Positions 46,048 to 55,537 of a stretch of DNA of 64,000 nucleotides are shown in pieces. The notes below the pieces were generated by a model. The model was given only the letters and a program-made list of their open reading frames with translations. It did no database searches and was not told the DNA's origin. This DNA is from an uncultured Chloroflexia bacterium (GTDB lineage Bacteria; Chloroflexota; Limnocylindria; Limnocylindrales; CSP1-4), in assembly GCA_963767945.1 (NCBI GenBank), contig CAVYGH010000013.1, positions 70,078 through 134,077 on the forward strand, given 5' to 3'. How positions within the stretch are numbered: the stretch's first letter is position 1; the number at the start of each line of letters is the position of its first letter. Position numbers and translations under genes: made by a program.

Positions 46048-46698
46048 ATGAGCGGGTCTCCTCGTTCCCTTGGTCTGTTCTCCGCCGCCGCGCTCGCCGC
46101 GGTGCTGTTCGCCGCGTGCTCGAACACCGCCTCATCCCCGGCCGGGTCGGTCGGCGGCGTGACGGCGCCGGCCTCGACCGCGCCGTCGGTCGCCGCGTCC
46201 GAGCCGGCATCCGCCGCGGCGTCGCCGTCGGCCGAGGCCGCCGCCAGCCCGTCCGCGTCCGCGGAGGCCGGATCGCCCACGGCCCGGATGATCGAGATGT
46301 ATGCGCTCGACGGGTCGTACCAGAATCCGCCGATCGACCCGACCCCGGGGACGATCATCGCGCTGCGCAACCTGGGCACGCAGGCCCACGAGCTCCGCCT
46401 GCTGCGTCGCAACGACGACGCGACGGACGCCCAGACGTTCGAGGACCTGTCCAAGGTGAAGGCCGCGGACCTGCTGAAGTTCGCGACGGTCGTCGCCGTG
46501 CTCGACGCGGCCCCGAACACCGTCGCCGACACTCAGATCACCATCGACCAGCCCGGCGACTACGCCGTCGTCGACTTCCTGAAGACCGGCACGACCGAGG
46601 TCCCGGCCAGCCCGGACCCGGGGATGGCCCCCGAGTCCGGCAGCAACTACTCGAAGGGCATGTTCACGACGTTCACGGCGGTCGAGCCGGCGTCCTAG
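46048..46698 (+). CDS. lipoprotein of unknown function
   Basis: CCAGGAGG lies before the ATG at 46048. Lipobox is AAVLFAAC, followed by an Ala/Ser/Pro linker. Confidence 0.6.
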   Translation: MSGSPRSLGLFSAAALAAVLFAACSNTASSPAGSVGGVTAPASTAPSVAASEPASAAASPSAEAAASPSASAEAGSPTARMIEMYALDGSYQNPPIDPTPGTIIALRNLGTQAHELRLLRRNDDATDAQTFEDLSKVKAADLLKFATVVAVLDAAPNTVADTQITIDQPGDYAVVDFLKTGTTEVPASPDPGMAPESGSNYSKGMFTTFTAVEPAS

Positions 46699-46733
46699 CC
46701 CGAACCCTCGCCACGCCCGAGCCGTCCCGGTCC

Positions 46734-46749
46734 AGCCGCCGGGGCGGCT
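46734..46749 (+). terminator. small hairpin after the lipoprotein gene
   Basis: 6-bp stem AGCCGC / GCGGCT with a 4-nt loop, followed by CGTCGATTTC. Confidence 0.3.
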
Positions 46750-46762
46750 CGTCGATTTCCGG

Positions 46763-48394
46763 CTAGTTGCGGATCCGCACGTTGTCGACCTGCGCCTCGA
46801 GCAGGTTGCCGTTGGCGCCGTCGCGGGCCGAGAACACGAGGCGGATCGTCTGGCCCGCCCAGTCGGTCAGCGACGCCGACGCCGACCGCCACGAGGCGTC
46901 GAGGTTGCCCGGCGCCCCGCGCCGCTCGAACACCACGGTCCGCGTGCCGTCCTCGGCCTGGACGAGGGCCCGGAAGTAGTCGGCGTCGGTCGAGGTGGCC
47001 GAGTGTGCGAACGAGTACGAGAACGTCAGCCGGCCGAAGTTCGCGGGGTCGTCCGGCAGCCGGATCTGACGGCTGCGGATCGAGGTCACGCCGCCGTCGA
47101 CGTCGTTGGACCCGGCGCTTTTGCCGGCCGCCGCTCCGGTCACCAGGGTCCCCGAGCCCGAGGCCGCCTGGCCCAGCTGCTTCGGGCCGTGCGCCCGCGT
47201 CGCCGCGGGGTTGGCCACCGCCCACAGGCCGGCCGTCGCCGTGTCGTTGTCGCGCGGATCGCGCACCCAGCCGCGGTTGATCTCGAGGTCGTCGTACACC
47301 GGCCCGCAGTCGGCCTTGCGCGCCTCGGCGCCGAGGGCGGCGTAGGGGCAGCCGGCCCGATTGATCAGCATCAGGAGCGCCTCGCGGTTGCGGGCGGTCT
47401 GCTTCGCGATCTTCGAGTCGTCGGGGTAGTGGTCGCCCCACACCGTCCGCTTCTCGGTCGGGAACAGCTCGAACGTGTAGGTGAAGATCCGGTACTTCGC
47501 GTACAGCCAGTCGATCTGGTCGCCGTCGGTGATGTACAGGTCGGACGACTGCTCGGCCTTGTAGCCGTTGGTGCGCGCCATCGCGCGTCCGAGCGCGACG
47601 AAGGTCTGGTGGTCGAGCCCGGTCATGTCGGGCGGGACGTCCTTCTTCGTGTACCCGTACGGCCACAGGATGAGCTCGCCGTTGGTGTGCAGCGTCACGT
47701 GGGTCCGGATCTGCTGGACGCCGTGCACGACGCGGCCGGCCACGAAGTCACGCAGCGCCTGCGTCTCCGGGGCGGAGAAGGGGCGCCGGCCGCGATACGT
47801 GATCGACTTCGGGTTGCCCGACGAGCCGTTGCAGCAGCCCCAGCGATACGCGTAGTTCCGGTTGAGGTCGGTGCCGACGCTGGGCCCGGCGTTGGGCTGG
47901 CGGTTCTTGCGCCAGGCGCGGAACGGGTCACCGGTCAGGTCGTACTGCATGCCGTCGGGGTTGAGCGCGACCAGGATCCAGATCTCGCGGCTGTCGACGA
48001 GGTCGGTGATCTGCGCGTTGCTGCCGTAGTCGCGCGTGAGCCAGCGCAGCGTCGCCAGCGCCTGCTCGGTGGTCAGGTGCTCGCGGGCGTGGTGGAGGGC
48101 GTCGATGAGGACCTCGGGCTCGTCCTCGTCGTCGCCGACCTGGTCGCTGACCTTGACGATCCAGATGTCGCGGCCCTGGTAGCTCTTGCCGATCGACGAC
48201 ACCTTGACGATGTCGGGGAAGTCCGCCTCGGCCTGCCGGATCTCGCCGACCATCTCCGGGTAGTTGTGGTAGCCGCTCATGTTGTCGGGGAAGTCGGGCG
48301 CCGCGGCTGCCGCGGGTGCCGGGCCGGCGACCTGGGCGACGACCAGCGTCCCGAGGCCGAGCAGCGTGGACAGGGCGCGCAGGTGCTGTCGCAT
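46763..48394 (-). CDS. secreted M14-family zinc carboxypeptidase with a C-terminal beta-sandwich domain
   Basis: Signal peptide from the ATG at 48394. Zinc ligands in HHAREHLT, plus LNPDG and NRNY motifs. Intact. Confidence 0.8.
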   Translation of the reverse strand: MRQHLRALSTLLGLGTLVVAQVAGPAPAAAAAPDFPDNMSGYHNYPEMVGEIRQAEADFPDIVKVSSIGKSYQGRDIWIVKVSDQVGDDEDEPEVLIDALHHAREHLTTEQALATLRWLTRDYGSNAQITDLVDSREIWILVALNPDGMQYDLTGDPFRAWRKNRQPNAGPSVGTDLNRNYAYRWGCCNGSSGNPKSITYRGRRPFSAPETQALRDFVAGRVVHGVQQIRTHVTLHTNGELILWPYGYTKKDVPPDMTGLDHQTFVALGRAMARTNGYKAEQSSDLYITDGDQIDWLYAKYRIFTYTFELFPTEKRTVWGDHYPDDSKIAKQTARNREALLMLINRAGCPYAALGAEARKADCGPVYDDLEINRGWVRDPRDNDTATAGLWAVANPAATRAHGPKQLGQAASGSGTLVTGAAAGKSAGSNDVDGGVTSIRSRQIRLPDDPANFGRLTFSYSFAHSATSTDADYFRALVQAEDGTRTVVFERRGAPGNLDASWRSASASLTDWAGQTIRLVFSARDGANGNLLEAQVDNVRIRN

Positions 48395-48567
48395 CGACAC
48401 AGGCTGCCAGACGTGGGCCGCCCGTGCCCATGCCGAGAACGTTGCAGTCCCGGGCAGGACCACCGGGTGGGCCGCCGCGGGTACGCGCGCACGTCGCGCC
48501 GATCTGCGACTTGACGACCTGCGACGATTTCGGCCCCGCGATCAACCACGGGCGTCCACGCGGAGTC

Positions 48568-49185
48568 ATGTGGAGTGTGAGCACGAGTCAACCGACAGCG
48601 ACGCTTGATCTGGCCCCGACCGCGATCGATCGCGACGTCGTCGAAGCCAACCTCGTCGAGCGTGCCCGGTCAGGCGATCACGATGCCTTCGCACAGCTGG
48701 TCGCGGCGCGCCTCCCGTCCACATTCCGGACGGTCCTTGCGATCCTCGGCAATGAGCCAGACGCGCGCGACGCGACCCAGGCGGCCTTCGTCCAGGCGTG
48801 GCGAAACCTGCCGCAGCTGCGCGATCCAGCCCTGTTCGGAGCCTGGTTCGGGCGGATCGTCGTCAACTCGGCCAGGTCGTCGATGCGCGGCAGGCGGCGG
48901 CGCGTCGTCCGCGAGATCCCGGTCAGCATCCTGCCTGAAGAGGGCTCCGCCCTCGCCTCGCGAGAGGTCGACCACGCGGATCGGACGGCGTCGCTCGATC
49001 GGCTCGAGCGCGCCTTGGAGCGACTGGCCCCGGGCGAACGAGCGGTGCTTTGGCTTCACCACTACGAGGGTTTGTCGCTCGCCGATGTCGGCAGCCGCAT
49101 GGGTGTGCCACCGAAGACCGTCAAGTCGCGCCTGTTCACGGCCCGGCGCGCCCTCGAGCGTGCCCTGATGGCGGAAGACCGATGA
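48568..49185 (+). CDS. ECF-type RNA polymerase sigma factor
   Basis: Region 2 is DAFAQLVAARLPSTFRTVLAILGNEPDARDATQAAFVQAW and region 4 is LSLADVGSRMGVPPKTVKSRLFTARRAL. Confidence 0.8.
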   Translation: MWSVSTSQPTATLDLAPTAIDRDVVEANLVERARSGDHDAFAQLVAARLPSTFRTVLAILGNEPDARDATQAAFVQAWRNLPQLRDPALFGAWFGRIVVNSARSSMRGRRRRVVREIPVSILPEEGSALASREVDHADRTASLDRLERALERLAPGERAVLWLHHYEGLSLADVGSRMGVPPKTVKSRLFTARRALERALMAEDR

Positions 49186-50120
49186 GCGCCAACAGTCCCC
49201 TGACCGACGACCTCGTGCGCGAGCTGTTCGAGCGGCGCGCCGCGGGCGCCATCCCCGCCGATCTCGGCGCCGCGATCCTCGCCGCGACGGCCACGCTGCC
49301 GCAACGCCGCCACTGGTGGCAGCGCCTCGGGCCAACGGCTGATCGTTCGCGGCGTGCGCCGCTCATGATCGCCATCGCTCTGCTTGCTGCGGCGTCGATC
49401 GCCGGCGGAGTGCTGGTGGTCGCGAGCCGACCGGGCGAGCCCGATCGGATGCCCGTGCCTTCGCCCGCTTCCGGGCCTGCCGTCAGCTCGGCACCAGCGC
49501 CCACCTCCCGTCCAGCTGCCAGCGCGTCACCGACCTTGGAGCCTGGCGTGGTCCAGACCGCATTGGCGAACAACGGCCTCGAGTATCGGATCCCCGCGGG
49601 GATCGACCTCCAGCCTGTCGCCGGATCTGGCGCCATGCTCGCCTTCGTCCCGGCTGGCCAGGAGCAGTACGGCCGGGATGAGAATGGCAAGTTCCTCCCC
49701 GGAGCGAGGGGCGTCACGCTCGCGTCGGCGCACGCGGCCGTGACGCACCCGTGCCCCGGCAGTGATGGCGGATCCAGCCGGGTCCCGATTCGGGAGGCCA
49801 CCGCCGACTTCATCGAGGACTTGCGAACGATCGGCGGGGCTAGCCTGACCGAGCGAGAGGCGACCGTGTTCGATGGCCGGAACGCGGTCGTGCTCAGCGT
49901 CGATCCCGGCTTGAACCGGTGCGAGTACGCCGACTTCCACGTCGCTGGGGGAGGCCTCGGGTCGGGATACGTCCTCTTGTCCGTCCCGTCACGACTGATC
50001 GTGACCCAGGTCGACGACATCACGATGGTGCTGCAGGTGTGGGCCGCGACCGAGGATGAGCTCGAGGTGTGGCTGCCTGCGGCAAACGAATTTGTCGAGA
50101 CCGTCCACTTCACGCCCTGA
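49182..50120 (+). CDS. membrane-anchored anti-sigma-like protein
   Basis: ATGA overlap with the sigma gene stop. A short cytoplasmic N-domain is followed by one TM (LMIAIALLAAASIAGGVLVV) and an extracytoplasmic domain. Confidence 0.55.
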   Translation: MSANSPLTDDLVRELFERRAAGAIPADLGAAILAATATLPQRRHWWQRLGPTADRSRRAPLMIAIALLAAASIAGGVLVVASRPGEPDRMPVPSPASGPAVSSAPAPTSRPAASASPTLEPGVVQTALANNGLEYRIPAGIDLQPVAGSGAMLAFVPAGQEQYGRDENGKFLPGARGVTLASAHAAVTHPCPGSDGGSSRVPIREATADFIEDLRTIGGASLTEREATVFDGRNAVVLSVDPGLNRCEYADFHVAGGGLGSGYVLLSVPSRLIVTQVDDITMVLQVWAATEDELEVWLPAANEFVETVHFTP

Positions 50121-50123
50121 GTC

Positions 50124-50152
50124 TTGACAGTGTCACGTGCAGTGTCATGATC
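50124..50152 (+). promoter_or_regulatory. candidate promoter/operator of the merR-like gene
   Basis: TTGACA (50124-50129). AGTGTCA direct repeat at 50129-50135 and 50141-50147 around CACGTG (50134-50139). CATGAT at 50146-50151. The ATG at 50159 would make a leaderless mRNA. Confidence 0.35.
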
Positions 50153-50158
50153 GTCGCC

Positions 50159-50836
50159 ATGCCTGACGACCCCTACAGCCTCGCCGATCTCGCCCGTCTG
50201 GCGGACGTCACGCCGCGCACGGTGCGGTACTACGTCGCCCAGGGCCTGCTGCCGTCGCCGGAGGCCGCCGGGTCGGCCACCCGCTACGGCGAGGGGCACC
50301 TCGCTCGGCTGCGCCTGATCAGGCGGCTCCAGCGGGACCACCTGCCGCTGGCGGAGATCCGGGCCAGGCTCGAGCGGATGGGGGACGACGAGGTGGCGGC
50401 CATGCTCGGCGCCGCCGAGGCCGTCGAGCCGCCGCCGTCGATGACGACCGACGAGACCCTCGCCTACGTCCGCAACCTGATGACGAGGTCGGGCGTGGCG
50501 CCGCGCTTCTACGACCAGCCGCCCGCCCATCCGCCGGCCAGCCGCGCGACCTTCATCCGCGAGGCGCCCGACGAGTTCCCGATCCGCGACGCGCCCGGCC
50601 TCCCGGCCTCCGCGCCCGCTCCATCGAACCCACCCCTCGAGGCACCGGTCCCCGCGTGGATCCCGGCGCCGCCGACAACCCCGAGACCGCAGCCCGTCGA
50701 CCGCAGCACCTGGGAGCGCATGGCGATCACCCCCGACATCGAGATCCACGTCCGCCGGCCACTGGACCGGCGCTCCAACAAGCTCGTCGAGCGCCTGTTC
50801 CGCATCGCCCGGGACCTGTTCGACGACGAGCCCTGA
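50159..50836 (+). CDS. MerR-family transcriptional regulator with a long Pro-rich C-terminal extension
   Basis: HTH region YSLADLARLADVTPRTVRYYVAQGLL. Start taken at the ATG at 50159. Confidence 0.75.
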   Translation: MPDDPYSLADLARLADVTPRTVRYYVAQGLLPSPEAAGSATRYGEGHLARLRLIRRLQRDHLPLAEIRARLERMGDDEVAAMLGAAEAVEPPPSMTTDETLAYVRNLMTRSGVAPRFYDQPPAHPPASRATFIREAPDEFPIRDAPGLPASAPAPSNPPLEAPVPAWIPAPPTTPRPQPVDRSTWERMAITPDIEIHVRRPLDRRSNKLVERLFRIARDLFDDEP

Positions 50837-50853
50837 ACTCCGAAAGGCACGCC

Positions 50854-52179
50854 ATGACCGCCGACACCCACCCGTCCACCCCCGATCGTCTCCTGGATCC
50901 GCGACTCGCCGTCCGTCCCGACCGGCGCCTCATCCGCGCCAACGGTCGCAGCGAGCGCTTCCTGCTCGTCGACCTCGTCGCGCCGACGGTCGCCCCGGAC
51001 CCGTCCCGCCGCCGGCCGCCGGTCAACCTCGGCTTCGTCCTCGACCGGTCCGGATCGATGGGCGGCCAGAACAAGATCGGCCTCGCCCGCCAGGCGGTCC
51101 TCGAGGCCGTCCATCGGCTCGAGGACCCCGACCGCTTCTCGGCGGTGGTCTACGACGACCAGATCGAGGTCGTCGTCGACGGCGTCGCGGCCACCGGCGA
51201 GAGCCGGAAGCTCGCCGCCGAACGCCTCAAGACGGTCGACGCCCGCGGCTCGACCAACCTCCACGGGGGCTGGCTCGCGGGCTGCGAGCAGGTCGCCGGC
51301 GGCCTCTCCGCCGAGGGCGTGAACCGCGTCCTGCTGCTCACCGACGGCCTCGCCAACGTCGGCATCACCGATCACGACGAGCTCATCGGGCTCGCGTACG
51401 ACCTGCGCCGCCGTGGCGTGTCGACGAGCACGTTCGGCGTCGGCACCGACTTCGACGAGACCCTGCTCCAGGGCATGGCCGACGCCGGCGGCGGGCACTT
51501 CTACTTCATCGGCGACGTGGCGCAGATGCGCGACCACATCACGAGCGAGGTGGGGGAGACGCTCGAGGTGGTCGCCCGCGAGGTCGTGCTCGAGCTGACG
51601 CTGCCCGAGTCCGTCCGGATCGACTCCCTGTCCCCGTTCCGCATCGAGCGGCGCGGCGGCCGCGTGCTCGTCTATCTCGGCGACATGCTGTCGGGCCAGG
51701 TCCTCTCGATCGTGCTCCGGGTGACGTTCGACTTCGGCGAGGCCGGCCGCGAGGTCGGGGTCGGGGTTCGCGTCAGCGACCGCGACGGCGCCTTCGAGCG
51801 CGCGGAGCCCGGCCTCGAGCCGGTCACGGTCGCCTGGACGTACGCCGACCATCCGGCCAACGACGCCCAGCCGCGCGACCGCGACGTGGACCGGGTCGTC
51901 GCCCGCCTGTTCGCCGAGCGCGCGAAGCAGGAGGCCGTCCAGCTCAACCGGCGCGGCCAGTACGCCGACGCCGGCAAGGCGCTCGACGGGGTGCGGAAGC
52001 GGATCGCCGCGTACGCCGGCTCGGACGCGGAGCTGCGGCGGATCGCCGCCGACCTGCGAGCGGAGGCGCCGGCCTACGCCGCCCCGATGCCGGAGATGGC
52101 CCGGAAGCAGCGCCACTACCTCGCGAGCCAGGTCTCCCGCATGCGGACGCCGGACGGGAAGTCGATGCGGCAGGGCTGA
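50854..52179 (+). CDS. von Willebrand factor A (vWA) domain protein
   Basis: MIDAS motif VLDRSGSMGG, plus LLTDGLAN. GAAAGG lies before the ATG at 50854, 17 nt after the merR-like stop. Confidence 0.75.
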   Translation: MTADTHPSTPDRLLDPRLAVRPDRRLIRANGRSERFLLVDLVAPTVAPDPSRRRPPVNLGFVLDRSGSMGGQNKIGLARQAVLEAVHRLEDPDRFSAVVYDDQIEVVVDGVAATGESRKLAAERLKTVDARGSTNLHGGWLAGCEQVAGGLSAEGVNRVLLLTDGLANVGITDHDELIGLAYDLRRRGVSTSTFGVGTDFDETLLQGMADAGGGHFYFIGDVAQMRDHITSEVGETLEVVAREVVLELTLPESVRIDSLSPFRIERRGGRVLVYLGDMLSGQVLSIVLRVTFDFGEAGREVGVGVRVSDRDGAFERAEPGLEPVTVAWTYADHPANDAQPRDRDVDRVVARLFAERAKQEAVQLNRRGQYADAGKALDGVRKRIAAYAGSDAELRRIAADLRAEAPAYAAPMPEMARKQRHYLASQVSRMRTPDGKSMRQG

Positions 52180-52191
52180 CGCCGGGCGACG

Positions 52192-52217
52192 GGCGCGCCG
52201 CGACCACGTGGCGCGCC
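52192..52217 (+). terminator. hairpin after the vWA gene
   Basis: The self-complementary octamer GGCGCGCC occurs twice (52192-52199 and 52210-52217), separated by 10 nt. Confidence 0.3.
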
Positions 52218-52223
52218 TCGCCC

Positions 52224-52253
52224 TTGACGCTCGCTCCCGCCGCGGGTCAGACT
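52224..52253 (+). promoter_or_regulatory. candidate promoter of the iolB operon
   Basis: -35 TTGACG (52224-52229), 18-nt spacer, -10 CAGACT (52248-52253). Confidence 0.35.
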
Positions 52254-52257
52254 GGTC

Positions 52258-52285
52258 GTGTAATCGATTGCCGTAGTCGATTGCC
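52258..52285. promoter_or_regulatory. candidate LacI-type operator(s) upstream of iolB
   Basis: GTGTAATCGATTGCC with palindromic core AATCGATT (52262-52269), followed by half-site TCGATTGCC (52277-52285). Confidence 0.45.
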
Positions 52286-52330
52286 GGCGACCGGCGGAAC
52301 AGGCGCGGCAAGGGCGGAAACGACGTTCGA

Positions 52331-53212
52331 ATGAGCCTTGATCGACCGGGGGCCGCGCGGCAGCTCCTCCGCCGCGCGGTTCCACCGGCCCCGGACGGGG
52401 CCATCGTCGACGTCACGGTCGCGTCGGCCGGCTGGGAGTTCGTCGACCTCGGCGTCTACCGGCTCCGGCCGGGGCAGACCCTGGCCCGCGAGGCCGACGA
52501 CCGAGAGCGACTCCTGCTCGTGCTCGAGGGCCGGGCGGCGGTCCGCGCCGGGGACCTCGACTTCGGCTCCCTCGGCACGCGCGCGTCCGTGTTCGACGGC
52601 CCGCCGCCGCCGACCGTCCTCGTCGAGCCGGGCCGGCCCGTCGACGTCGTCGCGGAGACCGACGCGCTCGTCGTCGTCGCCTCGGCGCCCGGCGGTTCCG
52701 TTCGGGTGACCAGGTCCATCGCCCCCGACGACGTCCTCGTCGAGGCGCGCGGCTCGGGCCAGACCGCGCGGCGCATCCACCACCTGCTGCCGCCCGACGC
52801 CGAGGCGGGACGCCTCATCGCCTTCGAGGTGTTCACGCCCGGTGGGAACTGGTCGAGCTATCCGCCCCACAAGCACGACACCGAGGACCCGCCCGTCGAG
52901 TCGCGGCTCGAGGAGCTCTACTTCTACCGGTTCGCCCGACCGGAGGGCTTCGCGTTCCAGCGCGTCTACACGCGGGACGGCTCGCTCGACGAGTCGCTGG
53001 CGCCCGGGGACGGGGACGTCGTGCTGGTCCCGCGGGGCTACCACCCGGTCGGCGTGCCCGCGGGCTACGACTGCTACTACCTCAACATCATGGCCGGCCC
53101 GACCCGGGCCTGGCACTTCACGATCGATCCGGACCACGCGTGGCTCATGGACTGGAACCCGGCGGCACCGACGGCGGCACCGACCGAGGCACTGGAGGAG
53201 GCGTCCGCATGA
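52331..53212 (+). CDS. iolB: 5-deoxy-glucuronate isomerase
   Basis: KduI/IolB cupin region GNWSSYPPHKHD...EELYFYRF...VPRGYHPV, in an iol gene context. Confidence 0.8.
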   Translation: MSLDRPGAARQLLRRAVPPAPDGAIVDVTVASAGWEFVDLGVYRLRPGQTLAREADDRERLLLVLEGRAAVRAGDLDFGSLGTRASVFDGPPPPTVLVEPGRPVDVVAETDALVVVASAPGGSVRVTRSIAPDDVLVEARGSGQTARRIHHLLPPDAEAGRLIAFEVFTPGGNWSSYPPHKHDTEDPPVESRLEELYFYRFARPEGFAFQRVYTRDGSLDESLAPGDGDVVLVPRGYHPVGVPAGYDCYYLNIMAGPTRAWHFTIDPDHAWLMDWNPAAPTAAPTEALEEASA

Positions 53213-54303
53213 CGCTCATCGAGGTCGAGAGTCCGCTCCAGCGGATGGTGGACGCGACCGCGACCGACTACTGGAACGACTCGTGCGCCGTCGCCGAGCT
53301 GGACTACGCCGTCGCGCGCGGCGGCACCGGCGCGACCTCGAACCCGGTCATCGTCGGCGAGGTCATGAAGAAGGAGAAGGACCACTGGGTGCCGCGCGTG
53401 CGCGAGCTCGCGATCGAGCATCCGACCTGGTCCGAGGTCGAGGTCACCTGGGCGCTCATCGAGGAGATGGGCGTGCGCGGTGCCGGGATCCTCGCCCCCG
53501 TCTTCGCGCGGGAGGACGGCCGCAAGGGCCGCCTCTCGCTCCAGACCAACCCGGCCGAGTACCGCAATCCGGCCCGGATGACCGAGCAGGCCCTCCACTT
53601 CACCACGCTCGCCCCGAACATCCAGGTGAAGTTCCCGACCACGGCGGCCGGCCTCCAGGGGCTCGAGGAGGCGACGGCGCGGGGCGTCGTGATCAACGCG
53701 ACGGTCGCCTTCACGGTGGCCCAGGCGGTCGCCGTCGGGGAGGCGGTCGATCGCGGCCTCCGTCGCTACGAGGCCGCCGGCGGCGACACGAGCCGCTTCA
53801 GCCCGGTGTGCTCGCTGATGATCGGGCGGCTCGACGACTGGGTGAAGGTCGTCGTCGAGCGCGACGACGTCGCCCTCGACCCGGACGCCGCCAACTGGGC
53901 GGGGATCGCGGTGTTCAAGCGGGCCTACCGGATCTACCAGGAGCGCGGCTACCGGACCCGCCTGCTGGCGGCCGCCTACCGGCACCGCCTCCACTGGACC
54001 GAGCTCGTGGGCGGAGACGTCGTGCTGACGATGCCCCACGCGTGGCAGGTGCGGTTCAACGGCAGCGGGATCGAGCCCCAGCCGCGGATCGACGTCCCGG
54101 TCGAGCCGGCGATCGTCGACGAGCTCCTCTCGCGGATCCCGGACTTCGAGCGGGCGTACGAGCCCGACGGCCTGGCCATCGAGGACTTCGCGGGCTACGG
54201 ACCCACCGCCCGGACCCTGCGCTCGTTCGTGCAGGGCTATCACGACCTGCAGGGGGCCGTCCGCGACATCGTCCTGCCCAACCCGGACGTCCGCGCCGGC
54301 TGA
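53209..54303 (+). CDS. transaldolase / fructose-6-phosphate-aldolase family protein
   Basis: ATGA overlap with the iolB stop. Motif GATSNPVIV and candidate Schiff-base Lys in IQVKFPTTAAG. Confidence 0.7.
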   Translation: MTLIEVESPLQRMVDATATDYWNDSCAVAELDYAVARGGTGATSNPVIVGEVMKKEKDHWVPRVRELAIEHPTWSEVEVTWALIEEMGVRGAGILAPVFAREDGRKGRLSLQTNPAEYRNPARMTEQALHFTTLAPNIQVKFPTTAAGLQGLEEATARGVVINATVAFTVAQAVAVGEAVDRGLRRYEAAGGDTSRFSPVCSLMIGRLDDWVKVVVERDDVALDPDAANWAGIAVFKRAYRIYQERGYRTRLLAAAYRHRLHWTELVGGDVVLTMPHAWQVRFNGSGIEPQPRIDVPVEPAIVDELLSRIPDFERAYEPDGLAIEDFAGYGPTARTLRSFVQGYHDLQGAVRDIVLPNPDVRAG

Positions 54304-54320
54304 GGCGGTGCCCAGAGGAC

Positions 54321-55496
54321 ATGGATCCATTCGGTGTCGGGGTCATCGGGATCGGCGACATCAGCGACGTCTACCTCACGAACCTCGCGCGCTACGGCGA
54401 CGTCGTCCGCGTTGTCGGCTGCGCCGGTCGCGACCTCGACAAGGCTCGACGAAAGGCGACCCAGCACGGCCTGGCGAAGGCATACGCGACGCCTGAGGAG
54501 CTCGTCGCGGACGCCGATCTCGACGTCGTCCTCGACCTGACGACGCCCGATGCCCACGCGTCGCTGAACCTGGCGGCTCTGCAGGCGGGCAAGCACGTCT
54601 ACTCGGAGAAGCCACTTGCCGCCACGTTCGCGCAGAGCCGTCAGCTCATGGACGTCGCGGCTGCTGCGGGCCTGCGGGTCGGCTGCGCGCCCGACACGTT
54701 CATGGGCGGGCGGTTGCAGACGTGCCGCCGCCTGATCGACGACGGCAGGCTCGGCGACATCGTCGGCGCAAGCGCGTTCTTCCTGAGCCATGGGCACGAA
54801 TGGCACCATCCGAGCCCAGCGTTCCTCTACGGGCGGGGCGCCGGGCCGATCTTCGACATCGGCCCGTACTACATCACGGCGCTGCTCTCGCTCCTCGGCC
54901 CGGTCGGGTCGGTGGCGGCGATGGCATCCCGGACCTACCCGCGCCGCACGATCGAGAACGGCCCGCGCCGCGGCGAGACGTTCGCGGTCGATGTCGACAC
55001 CCACGTCACGGGCGCGCTGCGGTTCGCGTCCGGGGCCCTCGCGACCGTCATCGCGAGCTTCGACGTCTGGGATTCGGAGCTGCCGCGGATCGAGGTGTAC
55101 GGCACGGAGGGCACGATCTGCATCCCCGACCTCGACCCGCTGTCCGGCCCGAACCTGTTCGGCGGGCCGGTTCTGTTCCGTGACGCGCCGAGCTCGCGCT
55201 GGCGCGGGATCCCGCGCGCGGACCCCCTGCCCGACTGGCCCGAGGTGCCCATCGAGCACCCGTTCACCTCGACGTCGCACCAGGACAACAGCCGGGGCAT
55301 CGGCCTCGTGGACATGGCGTACGCGATCCGCGACGACCGGCCCGCCCGGGCGAGCGGCGAGATGGCCCTCCACGCCGTGGAGGTGATGGAGGGGATGCTG
55401 ACGTCGGCGCGCGACGACCGGTTCATCGCGATGACGACGACATTCGAGCGGCCCGCGGCCCTGCCGGTCGACTGGCCGGCGGGCGAACGCCGCTAG
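54321..55496 (+). CDS. Gfo/Idh/MocA-family NAD(P)-dependent oxidoreductase
   Basis: N-terminal Rossmann fold VGVIGIGDIS and the EKPLA motif. AGAGGA lies before the ATG at 54321. Confidence 0.75.
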   Translation: MDPFGVGVIGIGDISDVYLTNLARYGDVVRVVGCAGRDLDKARRKATQHGLAKAYATPEELVADADLDVVLDLTTPDAHASLNLAALQAGKHVYSEKPLAATFAQSRQLMDVAAAAGLRVGCAPDTFMGGRLQTCRRLIDDGRLGDIVGASAFFLSHGHEWHHPSPAFLYGRGAGPIFDIGPYYITALLSLLGPVGSVAAMASRTYPRRTIENGPRRGETFAVDVDTHVTGALRFASGALATVIASFDVWDSELPRIEVYGTEGTICIPDLDPLSGPNLFGGPVLFRDAPSSRWRGIPRADPLPDWPEVPIEHPFTSTSHQDNSRGIGLVDMAYAIRDDRPARASGEMALHAVEVMEGMLTSARDDRFIAMTTTFERPAALPVDWPAGERR

Positions 55497-55537
55497 CGGC
55501 GATCCGGACCGTCGTACCCCCGGCCGCGGGTTCCGGA

